From Cyanophora paradoxa CCMP329 (lineage: Eukaryota; Plantae; Glaucophyta), in assembly GCA_004431415.1 (NCBI GenBank), contig QPMI01000686.1, positions 35,478 to 99,477 on the forward strand: a stretch of DNA of 64,000 nucleotides, given 5' to 3'. Below the pieces are notes generated by a model. It made no database searches, was not told where the DNA came from, and saw only the letters and a list, made by a program, of their open reading frames with translations. Both the position numbers and the translations under genes were made by a program. Positions 24,478-36,300 of this stretch are shown piece by piece. The stretch's first letter is position 1. Each line of letters starts with the position of its first letter.

Positions 24478-26649
24478 ATGGCGTCGTCATCGTCAACGTC
24501 AGGTCCGTCTGACTGCCAGCGCCGCGCTCCCTTGTGTTTAGCTGGAGACCCCCCCGCTGCGCACGTCGATCTAGACTTCCCAACACTTCGTAGCGGGCGC
24601 GCGCTGCGCGGCCAGCTAGGTTCTTCCGGCGACTCCCTTTACATCGAAAGCTTTTGCCCGCCGCCCCACCGGCAGATAGTAGCGCACGCACATTGCAGAG
24701 CATCTCTGCCTCGCCTGATGTTGTCTGTCCTCCGCGTCCTCGCACCGACAGATCGAAGGCAACTACTACAGAACATCAACGCGCTGCGCCAGAGCCTAGG
24801 GACCCTCGAGTTCACTAAGTTGCAACCTCAACCGGACGACAGCAGCCGCCACTCCCCGGTTCTGCCCCGGACGCTCGAATCGGCGACCAGCGGCCACCAC
24901 TCCCCAGTTCTGCCCCGGACGCTCGAGTCGGCAACCAGCAACTCGACCCCGCCGCCTCCTTCGCCCGGGAGCGGCCCGCAGTCGGCCCGCCATCTTAGGA
25001 GGTTCTCGGCGCCCGACGGGCATGCGATCGAGGATCCGGAGAAGGCGAAGGCGGTGGTGCAGAGCCAGCTGAGGGACCTGTACACGCAGCTGCAGTCGCT
25101 CAGCGTCTGGGCGCACGAGGTCGCCGGCACCGAGATGCTCGACGACGACGGCGGGAGCAGCGCCTCCAACTCGATGCGCCTCGTCGCGCCGGCCGCCTCC
25201 GCCCCGCACGGCCTCCACCGCGCCTCCTCCACCGGCGCCTCCACCCCGGCCCCCTCCGTCGACTCGGAGGACGCCGGCGCCCTCCGCACGGAGCTGCGCA
25301 TCGCCCGCGCGCAGGTCGCCGCCCTCGAGCACGCCCTCGGTGAGATTCGATCCCGGCCGGCCGAGATTCGATCCCGCTCGGTTTCGAGTGCCGCCGGCAG
25401 GGAACGCGGCGGCGGAGGTGCGCAAGTCGGACGGGAGCCCGAAGACGGCATCGCCCACGCAGCCGCAGCAGCCGCAGCCGCAGCCGAAGGAGGCCGAGGC
25501 CGTCCTCGCGCACTGCGACGCCGTCCTGACCCAGGTGCGCGAGGCCGCGCGCCCCCCGGATGCAGCCCGGCCGGCCGCCTCCGACCCCGCCGAAGGTGCT
25601 GAAGAGCGCGGAGAGCGGGATCGTGGGCCGCAAGGAGCGGGACCTGGTCCGCTCGGCGGTCTCCAACGCGCGCCAGCAGCTCCGCCGCCGCAGCTCCCTC
25701 TCCCTCGCGCCCCCGCCCGGGGCCCCCGGCGCAGACGGCACCCTCACCCCGCGCTCCGAGGGGAGCGCCGTCGCCCTCTCCTCCCCGGGGCCCTCCCCCC
25801 GCACCCCGTCCTCCATCCCCCGCCCGGCCTCGGCGCGCGCGGCCGCCGCCGGCGTCGCCGTGCCGCCGCTGCGCGTGCGCTCCTCGGCGCCCAAGGCCAA
25901 GGAGGCGGCGGCGGCCCCGGCGGCGGCCCCGGCGACGGCGGCGTCGCCGCGGGCGTCGCGGCCGTCGCCGCGGGGCGGGGGCGGCGCGTCGAAGGAGGAG
26001 CTGGACGCCCTGCGCGCCTCGCTCGAGTCCCAGGCCGCCGTCAACAAGGTCCGCCCCGCACCGGGCCGACTCGACGCGCCCTCCCCGCCCGAGCCGCCCC
26101 GCGCCAGGTGCTGGAGGCGGAGCTGGCGCAGCGGGCGGGCGGGGAGGCGGCGCTGCGGGCGGAGGCGGCCGAGCTGCGGGAGGGCCTCCGCCGCGCCACC
26201 AGCGAGCTCCTCGTGCGCCGCGAGGAGCTCTGCACCAAGGCCGAGCAGGCGAGGAGCTCTGCCCGCCCCCGCCACCCTGCAGGCGCCTCGGCGGGCGGCT
26301 CACGGGCCGGCCTCCCCGCGCAGGTGGCCCTCGCGCGGGTGCGGATCGCGGAGCTCGAGGAGGAGCTCGAGGCGGCGCGGCGCGCCCTCCGCTCCCGCCG
26401 CCGCCTGCGCGCCTCGGACGCCAGCGAGGGCGACGAGGAGGGCGACGAGGCCGCCGCCCCGGGGGCCGCCCCGGGGACGGCTGCGCCAAGCGCGGCCGCG
26501 TCGGCCCCGGGCCGCACAGCCAGGCGCGCCCCGCCGGCCCGCCCGCCCCCCGCTGCCGGCGTCGTTGGCGTTCGAATTCTGACCCCTTCGCTCGCGCCCC
26601 GCAGAGCTTCATCCAGGGGGTCTTCGCCTGCCTCGCCCCCAACTTCTAG
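24478..26649 (+). CDS. Hypothetical coiled-coil / low-complexity protein
   Basis: Heptad-like exons LRTELRIARAQVAALEHAL, KEELDALRASLESQ, VLEAELAQRA..LRAEAAELREGLRRA, LARVRIAELEEELEAARR. The last exon reads SFIQGVFACLAPNF*. Divergent from XRN1. Confidence 0.55.
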
Positions 26650-26942
26650 GCCCGCGGCGCCCAGACCAGGCCCCAGGCCCCGGCCCCCGGCCCCCGCAAG
26701 CACCGAGAGGGCGGGCCCCCCGCCCCCGCCCCGCCTCCCTCTGTAGCCATACAATGTATTTTACAGCCAGGCGCGCGCCGCGGCGTGGCGTCCCTGTGGA
26801 TGTACACGTGTGCGCTAGGTAGCACACTCGTTTGAAGTCCTTGACATTTTGCGATTAGCAGTCGAGATCGGTGCCGAGAGCTGAATTTTCATCCGAGTTC
26901 CGCTCGCGTTGCGCGTATGTACAGTTGCGAGGCCCAGGCCTC

Positions 26943-28228
26943 TCAGACGGCCACCTCGCCGCCCCCCGAGCCGGCCCCGAAGCCGTACTTGTCTGCGGGG
27001 GTACGCCCCTCGAGGTGAGCGGGGTACGCTCCTTCGGACGGAGGCGAGGGGGGCCGACCGCGGAGGGCCTGGACAGCGGGGGGGCGGGACCGGCCCGCCC
27101 TCCTGCGCCCCGGCGAGTCGGGGATCGCCAGGGTCACCGTCTGCGGGGGGAGGGGTACGGCGTCAGGAGCGACGCCGGGGGTACATGTGCAGGAAATGCA
27201 GGAAACGGGGGTGCGGGGCGGACGTCGTGGCGGGCGCGCTCGGCGGAGATGGCTCCAGAGATGTACATCACCACCGCCGCGTTCACGAGCTGCGGGGTAC
27301 GTTATTCGAGGCGCGTGGAGGGGGTACACGTGCGCGGCGGGCCTGGATGCCCGTGACAACCAGGAGGATGATGCCGGCCGCTCTGTCGCCAGCGTCCACG
27401 GCGCGCGTGAGCTCGAGCTGAGGGTACGTGCGCGGGCGCAGGCCAGGGTGGCGGGGGCGAGGGTCGGGGCGCCTTATGTTGTTGAGGATCCAGCCTTGCA
27501 CTGTGCCGCCCTGAATGTCGTACTCCTGACTCTTCTCGTCGACAACGCGCGCGATCCTGGGAGCACTGGGTCACGGGCGGCGGCAAAGCGAGGCACGGGA
27601 TCCCGGCATGCTTGGCTGCGCCGTGCGGGCGCACTGTTCGCTGCGGACAATGGCAAGGATTCCGATGACGAGCTGGATCACCGTCAGGGGCAGGAGCGCC
27701 CAGAGGTAGCTCCGCGCCCAAAGCGTCAGCCAGCCCGGCCCAACCTCGAGGCGGGAGGCGTGCGCAGTGCAGCGGCGAGCGCGGAAAGGGGCAGTTATAG
27801 CTAAGTTTTGCGCTCGAGTTGTGTCGACGCGGCCGCGAGCGCCGCACGGAGGGCGCACAATGAAAGGCAAGTCCGTGCCTTCGTCAGTACGCCGCACACG
27901 GCAAGGAGCGCTGCGGCCGCATCACAAACGAGCCTCAGATTCAGTTGAATGTGCGCGCGGGCGCCGGCGCTGACCGAGGGCGATGATGCCAGCTCCAAGT
28001 ACGATGGCGAGGATCGGCGTCCAGTTGGCCGTCCCCTTCGCTCGCACCACCACCGACGCGAAGCCGACGATAACGCATCCGAGGACCTGCGCGGGGCGCC
28101 GGGAGCTCGCATAAGACGACGAGAGCGTGTTGGCGGTCCAGGACACCGAGCAGGGCGGCATCATGGCATACCATGAGAAGCGCGTTGATGGCGAAGACGC
28201 CGCAGCGCGCGGCGCCAGCTGTAGCCAT
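26943..28228 (-). CDS. Tetraspanin-like four-TM protein
   Basis: Spliced: MATAGAARCGVFAINALLM-VLGCVIVGFASVVV (TM1); PILAIVLGAGIIAL-ALLAVCGVLTKARTCLSL (TM2 with the CG...CL pattern); YLWALLPLTVIQLVIGILAIV (TM3); AAGIILLVVTGIQ-LVNAAVVMYIS (TM4). Confidence 0.7.
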
Positions 28229-28297
28229 CGGCGCTTCAAGTCGCGCTTGCGGTGCGGGGGTACCGGTGACTGGCGCTGGGAAACAGTTGCGGCGACG

Positions 28298-28943
28298 ATG
28301 GCGGGCGGTGAGCTCCGCGAGCGCCGCCTCGCACTCGGAAGGCGGCGGCGAAGCGCGTCGCCGCCGGCGTCGCTGTCCGTTGAGTCGGCGTTGACTTTTT
28401 CCATTCAGATTGGTCCAAACCCGTGTCTGGCCCTCGCGGGCAGTACGAGAAGCTCAGCGCATTCGGCAAGGCGCTATGGTCGCTGCACGCATTCTGGGTG
28501 AAGTACCAGGTCATCACCGGAACGGTGATCATGAACGCCTCGCCGGCCCGCGCCATCCCTCGCGTCGCGCTGACCTCTTCTTGCGCGCGATAGATTCCCG
28601 GCTTCCTCAGTCCCCGTAAGTGCTGCACGCCTCCTCCCGCCGCGCGAACTTCCATTGACCGCTCTGCCGTCGCGTGCGGTTGGGATGCGCAGTCGAACGA
28701 GTGTTGACGCGTGCGTTCTCCCGTGTGCATTTTATGCAGCGGCCGAACGCGCTCAAGCTTTAGCTTTACCGCCGGGCCTGCCTGCGACCGCCCTTAGCAC
28801 ATATGCATCCCGTGCTGACCGCCGCCCGCGGCCCGCCCGCCCGCCGCGCAGATCTCTTCATCCTAGGCGTAATTGTCATCGCCCTCTTCGGCGTCTTCAG
28901 CCTCGGCAGCACCGTGGTGCGGTCCGTGATGTCCGTCGCGTGA
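28298..28943 (+). CDS. Small membrane protein resembling serine palmitoyltransferase small subunit; not in the ORF track
   Basis: ATG GCG GGC G|intron|AT TGG gives MAGDWSKPVSGPRGQYEKLSAFGKALWSLHAFWVKYQVITG, then micro-exons (FLSP, AER) and a terminal TM exon LFILGVIVIALFGVFSLGSTVVRSVMSVA* (TGA 28941-28943). Resembles the Y.VT.G..L.P.E..F pattern of SPTss. Confidence 0.5.
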
Positions 28944-30332
28944 GGAGCCCGCGCCCGCGCCCACGCGGCTGCGGCCGGCTGCGACCCCGGTCCGGCCGCC
29001 GCTTTCCTCTAGTTATTGATCCCTATTATCTGTACCATAGTCTACACAGACAGTTCAGTGGCTTGACACAGTGTAAATTGATGCCTTGTTGATAGTAAAA
29101 TGGAATAAAGACAGCGCTAGAACTTGCGGAATATAGACCCCCCTCAGGACCTAGGCCCTGCTGCTGGCCATGGCCCGTCCCCGGCCCCCCCCCGAGCTCG
29201 AGCTCCGGCGTCGGGTGCGGAGCATCATTCGGCGGCCCCTGACTCCGTGAGATCCAACAGATGCCATGGCCAAGCCTTGAAGCTTTAGCCTAGCAGTTGC
29301 CTAAGTTACCACGGGGCCAAGTTAGGCTTAGGCCCTAGCGCGATCAACGGATCATGGGATCCGGATCTTACGCCCTACAGCGCTAGCTACTTCGAATTCC
29401 CCCGACCCTCGATCGCGAGCTCATGATCATGATCATGATCATGATCAACCCCGCGGGGGGCCCCCGCGGCCGGCCGCGGGTCCCGGTCCCTCTCTATATG
29501 GCTAATCAATCGAATCCTCGGAAGTTCGAATTCATAATCATACTATGACATTATAATTCCGAAGTTCATATTGCCAAGTTGAATCGATATCAAGCTTTCA
29601 AAAGTTTCAAGTTGCAAAGTTGAATTACGTATACGAGCTCGAGGCTTCGAAAAAATTCGAATTCAAGGCTTCATGATCAATTCAAATCCGGATCCATGGC
29701 CACGGCCAATTGCAAGTGCAAGCGACCTGGCGGCCGCCGGGCTTTCATGGCCAATATGTGCCAATATGTGCACCACCCTCGGCGACTCGGCGAATAACGC
29801 ATATGCATGATAGAGCACTCAATTGCAAAACATTGGTGACAATTTTCTGAACTCCTATCCTATTACTAAGTTAGGCCTGAGGGACTGCGGTATGTGTAGC
29901 TATTAATATTACCTAGTATCTAGAGCTATTTATAATCGTACTGCAACCTTACGCTTATAATTCATCTATCAGCTTACTGTAAAGTTTAAACGACTGACTC
30001 ATTGAGGCAGTGAGCTCAAGCAAGGGCAGATCATTACGAAGTTAGCCTACTATACTCAGTCCGACGGTCTTGTAGGGCCTCGGAGGCCGACTGCGAAGGT
30101 AGCTCTGGGGATGCATGTTGGGAAGAGGGGGCGACTGGCAGGAGAGGCGGGGGCCGGGCTGTGGAGTTCGAAGGCGAGGGGGCGAGGCGAGGGAAACGGG
30201 TGGAGCGTCCATGCGAGAGGCGCTCGCCGAGGGAGGCCGCGAGGGGCAGTGCTGGCGGAGCGGGGGACCAAGGGCGTGGCGGGAAGGGCCCCAAGGGATC
30301 ACACGAGGCGACACAGGGCGGGCGGCTGTCCC

Positions 30333-33300
30333 TCACAGGGGCACCACGCGGGGGGCGGCGATGGCTGGGGGCCCCGGCCCCTGGGCCGCCGCGCCGGGGC
30401 CGGCGGCGGCGTCGGCCTCGGCGGCCGAGGCGGCGGCGAGGCGCGCCGAGTCGCGCGTCAAGTAGCGCTCCCCCGCCGCCTCTGCGCGCGCCCCGCGTCA
30501 GATCAGGAGCTCGGGGGGCGGGCGGCCCCGGCGGGAGGGGGCGGAGCGCACGGGCGGCGGCAGCGGCGGCGGCGGCGAGGGCGGCGCGGCGCCCGGGGTC
30601 GGGCTCGTGGTAGGCGCGCAGGGAGAGCGCGACCGCCTCGTCCCGGGCCTGGCCCGCCGCGCGCGCCTCGCCGGCCGCCCGCTCGAAGAGGCGGCAGGCG
30701 CCGGGGAGGTCGGCGCGGGCGGCGCGGGCGATGCCGGCGGCGTAGGTGCGGAGGGGGCGGACGATGCGGGCGCTGGGGCCCTCGAGCCAGCCGTCGAGCA
30801 CGCGGCAGGCGCGCAGCACGCCGGCCCGCACCTCCTCCTCGGGGGCGTCCGGCGGCGGGGGCGCCACCGCCGGCAGCGACTGCACGGGCCCCACGCGGCA
30901 CGGGACGAGGATGGAGGCGGGGATGGCGAGCGGGTGGCGGCGCCCGGCGGCGACGGCGTGCGCCGCGTGGAGCAGCAGGACCTGGGCGAGGGCCTGCGCG
31001 CCGGCGCCGGCGTCGGCCGGTCAGGCGAGTGGACGACGGCGAAGCGGCCGCCCGAGCGCTCGAGGGCGTACCGACAAGAGGAAGAAGCCTTGGTCTGCGA
31101 CGAAGACCATCTGCGGGGCCGGCGCGAGCCACCGAGTCAGGCGCCCGAAGCGGACTCGCGATCGGCGAGGCGTTCGAAGCTGCGGAGGCGGGGCGGACCG
31201 AGTGGCGGGGGGCCCCGACCATGCCGTTGACGGCGTCGAGGGCGGCGCGGCCCACAGAGCGGCCGTCCCGTCCCACCCCCGCCGGGCCCCGCACCCGCAG
31301 CAGCGCCTTCGGAGGGACCGTCAGCACCGCGCGCTGAGGCAGGGAGAGGGTTGCGGGGAGGGGGTTAGTGGCCCGCAGCCACGCACCAGCACGTAAGCTC
31401 CCTGCACGATGAGACGGAAGGCCGGTGCGAGGCGCGGGCTGCGGCGCGGGGCTCGGGCGGTGGATGGGAAGGAGCCCGGCAGGGGTACGGGGGTGCGGGG
31501 CGGGCAGACCTGGCGCCGCTCTCGAGGAGGGCCTCCATCGCCGCAAGCCCGCTCTCGAGCCCCGCGTCGTCCTGCGCCGGGAGTGAGGCGCGCGAAGGCG
31601 GAAATGGCAGCGGAGGAATCGGGGGCGCGCGTTGAGGATGCGCATGATCCCGACAGCGGCGTGCCCGATGATCAGGTGGAACTCGTCCTGCGCGCCGCAC
31701 GGCTTGGCTCGGGTCCGGGCGCCGGCGGGCGGGTCGGGGCGGGGCCGAGCGGGAGCGGGCGCACGAGCAGCTCGGGCTCCTTCGCGTGCGCGTCGAGCAC
31801 CGCCTGCGGCGCGGGGCGCCGTCACGCGCGCGGGGCCCGGGGTGGCGGGCTCGAGGCGGCCACACCTGGACCTCGGCGATGTAGGGGGCGAGGCCCTGCG
31901 GTGCCGCGTACGAGACCGAGGAGCGGAGGGCGATGAAGGTGCGGATGAGGTGGCACGTCTGCCGCCGCGCGGGGCCGGCCCGCGATCAGACGCCCCGGCG
32001 GGCGGGGCGCGGCAGGCGGGCGGGAGGGGGGGCGGGGAGACCATGAGGCGGGTCTTGGAGCGGAGGCGGGCGGCCTGCTTGGCCCAGAGCCCGAGCATGC
32101 GCCCCGCCTCGCCGAAGTCCATCGACTGCGGGGCGGCGGGGGCGCATGAAGGGGCGGTGGCCAGAGGGCGGGCGGGGCGGGGCGGGGCGGGGCGGGCCTT
32201 GGGGAGGGTGGAGCCGGCGGCGAGGACGAGGGCGTCCCACGCGCGCGTCGTCCCACAGCGCCGCAGAGCTCCTGCGCGCACCGCGCCCTGCGCACGCGGC
32301 GCGCGTCAGGCGGGGCGAGGGGGTGCGCGCGGGCCGCCGCGCACCACTCCAGCACGCCCGCGCTCCAGCCCATCACGCCGCAGACCTGCGCGCGCGCGCC
32401 TTGAGCGGTGCGGGGGAGCGGGCGGGCGGGCAAGGGGGCCCGACGGGTACCTGCGAGGCGCGGGAGGTGGCGATCACGGCGGCCTCGCTGGGGCGCCCCG
32501 CCGCCCGCTCCGCCAGCGCCGCCTGCCATAGAGCGCCCGCGAGGAGCGCCCCGTCAGCTGGGGGCCCACAAGAGATGTGGAGGGGGGCGGGGGCGGGGCC
32601 GGGCGGGGCGGGCCTGCTGGACGATGCAGTAGGCGTTGAGGGCGACGGCGCCCTCCGCGAGGGAGCTGAACGTCATCGCGTGCAGCAGCAGCGTCCGCTC
32701 CTCCTCCACCCCCGCACCCTGCGCCCGCGGAGGAGGCCGCCCCGGCCCCGTCAGCGCCCACCCTCGCCTTTCAGCCCCACGCGATGCTGGGCGCTAGCGC
32801 TAGCGCCAGGCGAGCTGGACGGCTCTATCGTCTTGCACCGGAGGGCTTTTGAAGGGGCGCGAGGCGCAGCGGCGGACCTCTGCGGAGCGGGCGGCGGGGC
32901 TCTTGGGCCCGCGCTCCGGGAACCCCCGGAGGCGCATCACGAGGAGGCGCCAGCCGGCGGAGAGCTTCTGCCCGAGCTTCGAGCTGCGCCGCCGCGCCCA
33001 GCGCCGGTCACGCGCCGGGCCGGGAGCGAGGGCGGGGGGCGGGTGCGGACCGGGGGGCCGGCTTGCCGAGGAGGCGGAGGCCCTCGAAGCAGAGGGCGAT
33101 GGCCTCCTGGTGCATACTGCGGGGCGCGTCGGGGGCAGCGCGGGGGCGGTGGTGGGGCCGGCGGACTCCATGCGGGCGCAGGCCTCGGCGCGGAGGCGGA
33201 GCCAGCGGGCGCGCTGGAGGGGCGGGGCGCGGGGGCTGAGGGCGAGGAGGTCCTCGTAGAGGCGGGCGGCCTCGAGGTTGGAGTAGGAGTCGAAGGCGCC

Positions 33301-36300
33301 GGCGGCGCAGCGCTCGAGGTGCGGCCGCGCCAGCTCCGCCTCCCCCGAGAGCAGCAGGTGGTGCGCCAGCACCGCCGACCCCTCCGCGTCCTCCTCCCCC
33401 TGCCCGCCGCGCCCCGCCTCAGCGCCGGGCCCGGCCGGCCGGCGTGCGGGCGTGCGGGGGGCGGCGGGGCGCTTGCCTGGCCGTGGGCCTCGAGGAGGGC
33501 GTGGTGGTGGCGGGCGAGGACGAGGTGCAGCAGCCGCCGCTCCGACGCCGGCAGCAGCGAGTACGCGCACTCCTGCCCCGCCCGCATCGGGCCGGGCCAG
33601 GCGGGCGGGCGGGGCGGGGGGGCGCGCCTGCATGAGGGGCTGGTGGAAGGCGTAGCCGCCGCGGCCGTCGTGGGAGAGGACGCCGGCGGCGCAGAGGGCG
33701 TCGAGGCGGGCGGCGGCGGCGGCCCGTCGCGGGTGCATCGCCTCCACCTCCGCGAGCGCAAAGTGGACGCCGGCGACCTGGCGCGCCGCGTCGGCCCCGG
33801 CATTGCGGGCGGGGGCGGGGCGGGGCGGACGGAGCAGATCTTGGCGGTGACGAGGTCGTCGGCGGGGAGGCGGTCGAGGCGGGCGACGAGGGAGGCGCGG
33901 GCGACGTCCGACGGCAGCATCCGCCGCAGCGCCCGCGCCACCAGCACCGACCCGTCCCCCGCCACCTGCGCCCCGCTCGAGCCCGCCCGCGTGGGGCGGG
34001 GCGGGCGGGGCGGGGCGGGCCTCGACGGAGCCGTCGTCGACGAGGCGGCGGGCGAGCTCGACGACGAGGTACGGCAGGCCCGACGCCTGCTCCCGCACAA
34101 AGTCCCGCAGCACCTGCCCCCGCCGCCCGCCCCGCTCGCACGCTCGCACGCCCCCGCCGCGCGAGAGCCGGGCCGGCGCACCCGCGGCACGCGCTTGGCG
34201 CCGATGGCGGCACAGATGAGCGCGTCGGCCGCCGCGTCGGGCAGCTCCGCCAGCGAGAGCCGCTCCGCCGCCGGCCGCGCGAGGAGCGCCGCCGCCGCCG
34301 GCCCGGGCCGCCCGGCCCCGCCTCCCGCCCCGCCACGTCGCCAGCAGCGCGAGCCGCGCGAACGGCGCCCGCGTGCGGCGGAGGCGCTGCGCGGGGCCCG
34401 TCCCGGGTCGGCCCGGTCCGCCCCGCAGGCGCCGGCCCCCGGGGCGGGCACCTGAGCGAGGGCGTCGAGGACGGCCCACGTGGCGGAGTCGGCGTGGTGG
34501 AGGTCTGCGGCGGGGGCCCGCGTCACGCCGGCGGCGGGGCGGGCGGGGCGGGGCGGGGCGGGGCGCCTTCGAGGATGAGGAGGAGGGGGGCGCGGGCGGC
34601 GCGGCGGAGGAGGAGGCGGGCGAGGAGGCCGCGGACGGCGACGGCGACGAAGTCCGGGCCCATCGGCTCCAGCGCCAGGCGCTGCCCTGACGGGCTTAAG
34701 TTTCGGGCAGCCGGCTGCTCCGCCCCCGGGCCGGCTTCGGCGGCGGCGGCGCCCGAGGCAGGGGCGTCGGGCTGCGGAGAGCGCCAGGAGGTCCTGCGGG
34801 GCGGCGTCCGCTCCGCCCCGGCCCCGGCCTCGACGGCGCCGCTCCTGGCGCCGGCAGGGGAGCCGGCCGAGGCCGGCGACATCGGGATCGAGTCGATGGC
34901 TGCGTGCGCGCAGCGCGCGGTCGGACGCCCGCGAGCGAGCGGGGGCGAGCAGGGGCGGGGCCGGCCGCACGCTCAAAAGAAGCGGCGACCATTCCACCGA
35001 TCGTTTCCCCCAGACCGCCGATGCGGACAGCAGAGTGCCGGGACTCCCCGGGGGATACGGGGTGCGAATCCAGGCCCAGGGCGGCCCCTCCGGCGCGGGA
35101 GGACCGGCGCGCCAGTTGCAGCGCCTGCGGGGCGTCACGGCCGCAACGCAAAGAGGGGCAGGGTAGCCAGGGGGGGTACGTGGGCGAGGTGGGGGAGCAG
35201 GTCCTCCTCCCCGGGCTCGAGGAGGGGGGCCATGTCGTCCGTACCCCCCGGCCACAGGGCCCGCGCCTGCGGGGGGCGCGCGGGTCGTGCGGGGGCTGCG
35301 GCGGTCGGGAGGGCGCGGCGGGGGCGGACGATGGAGCGCCAGGGGTAGAGGGCCTGGCGGAGGTGCGACTCGAGCGCGCTCGCGGCGGCGACCGTCGTCC
35401 CGCGCTGCTTCTTCGCCGCCGCCGCCGCCAGCTCGCACAGCGACGACTTGCCTGCCCCCGCCGGCGCTGAGCGGAGGCGCTGCGCCGGCCCCGGCGGCGG
35501 CGCGGGGGCGGACCGGAGCCGGGGGCCCGTCGATGAGGAGGATCGGGGGCGGGGCGGAGGAGGAGGAGGCGGAGGCGCCGGGCTCGGGCCCCTCGGCGGC
35601 GAGGCGCACGAGGCGGACGATCCGCGCCGCCTCCTCCGCCCGCCCAGCGTCAGCGAGGAGATCCCCTCCGACCCGCGCCGCCCCTGCGCCCCCGCCCCGC
35701 CCCTCAGAGAGGGGCCCCGCCGCGCGCCCCGGGCCGCCGGCGCACGTGGCCGGTGCTCCAGTCCGCCTCGGGGGCGGGCGCGGGGCTGGCCCCCTCCCGC
35801 AGCACCGGGCAGAACGCCGGCACCTGCCGCCGCGCCGGCCGCTCAGCGGCGCGGCGGGGCGCGGGGGCGATCGGCGGGCTCGGGCGGACGGGCTCGGGGA
35901 TGCCCTTGAGGGCGAGCTCGCCGAAGGGCCGCAGGGGCACCCGCCCCGCGCAGCCGTCCCGCGTCCGCGAGTCCACCAGCACCCCCCACTCGCTCTTCGC
36001 CATCAGGCGCGCTGCGCCGCCCCGCTCGGCGCGCGGCGCGGCGCGGAACGAGACGACTGGGGCCAAGCGGCGCGCACCGGCGCGGTTGGGCACTGCGCGG
36101 GGCCGAGAGGGGTCAGGCGGACGCCAGAAACACCGGCGCGCGGCGGCCGGCGCCGCGCACCCGTCCCGAAGACCGAGTACCCGCAGCGCAGCGGCGAGCC
36201 GACTGCGCCGGGGGCGCGTGAGCAGGCGAGATCCCAGGCGCGGGGGCTCGGCGGGGGGCGGCGGACCGAACGTGCACAGCACCACGCCCGTCGTCACGCT

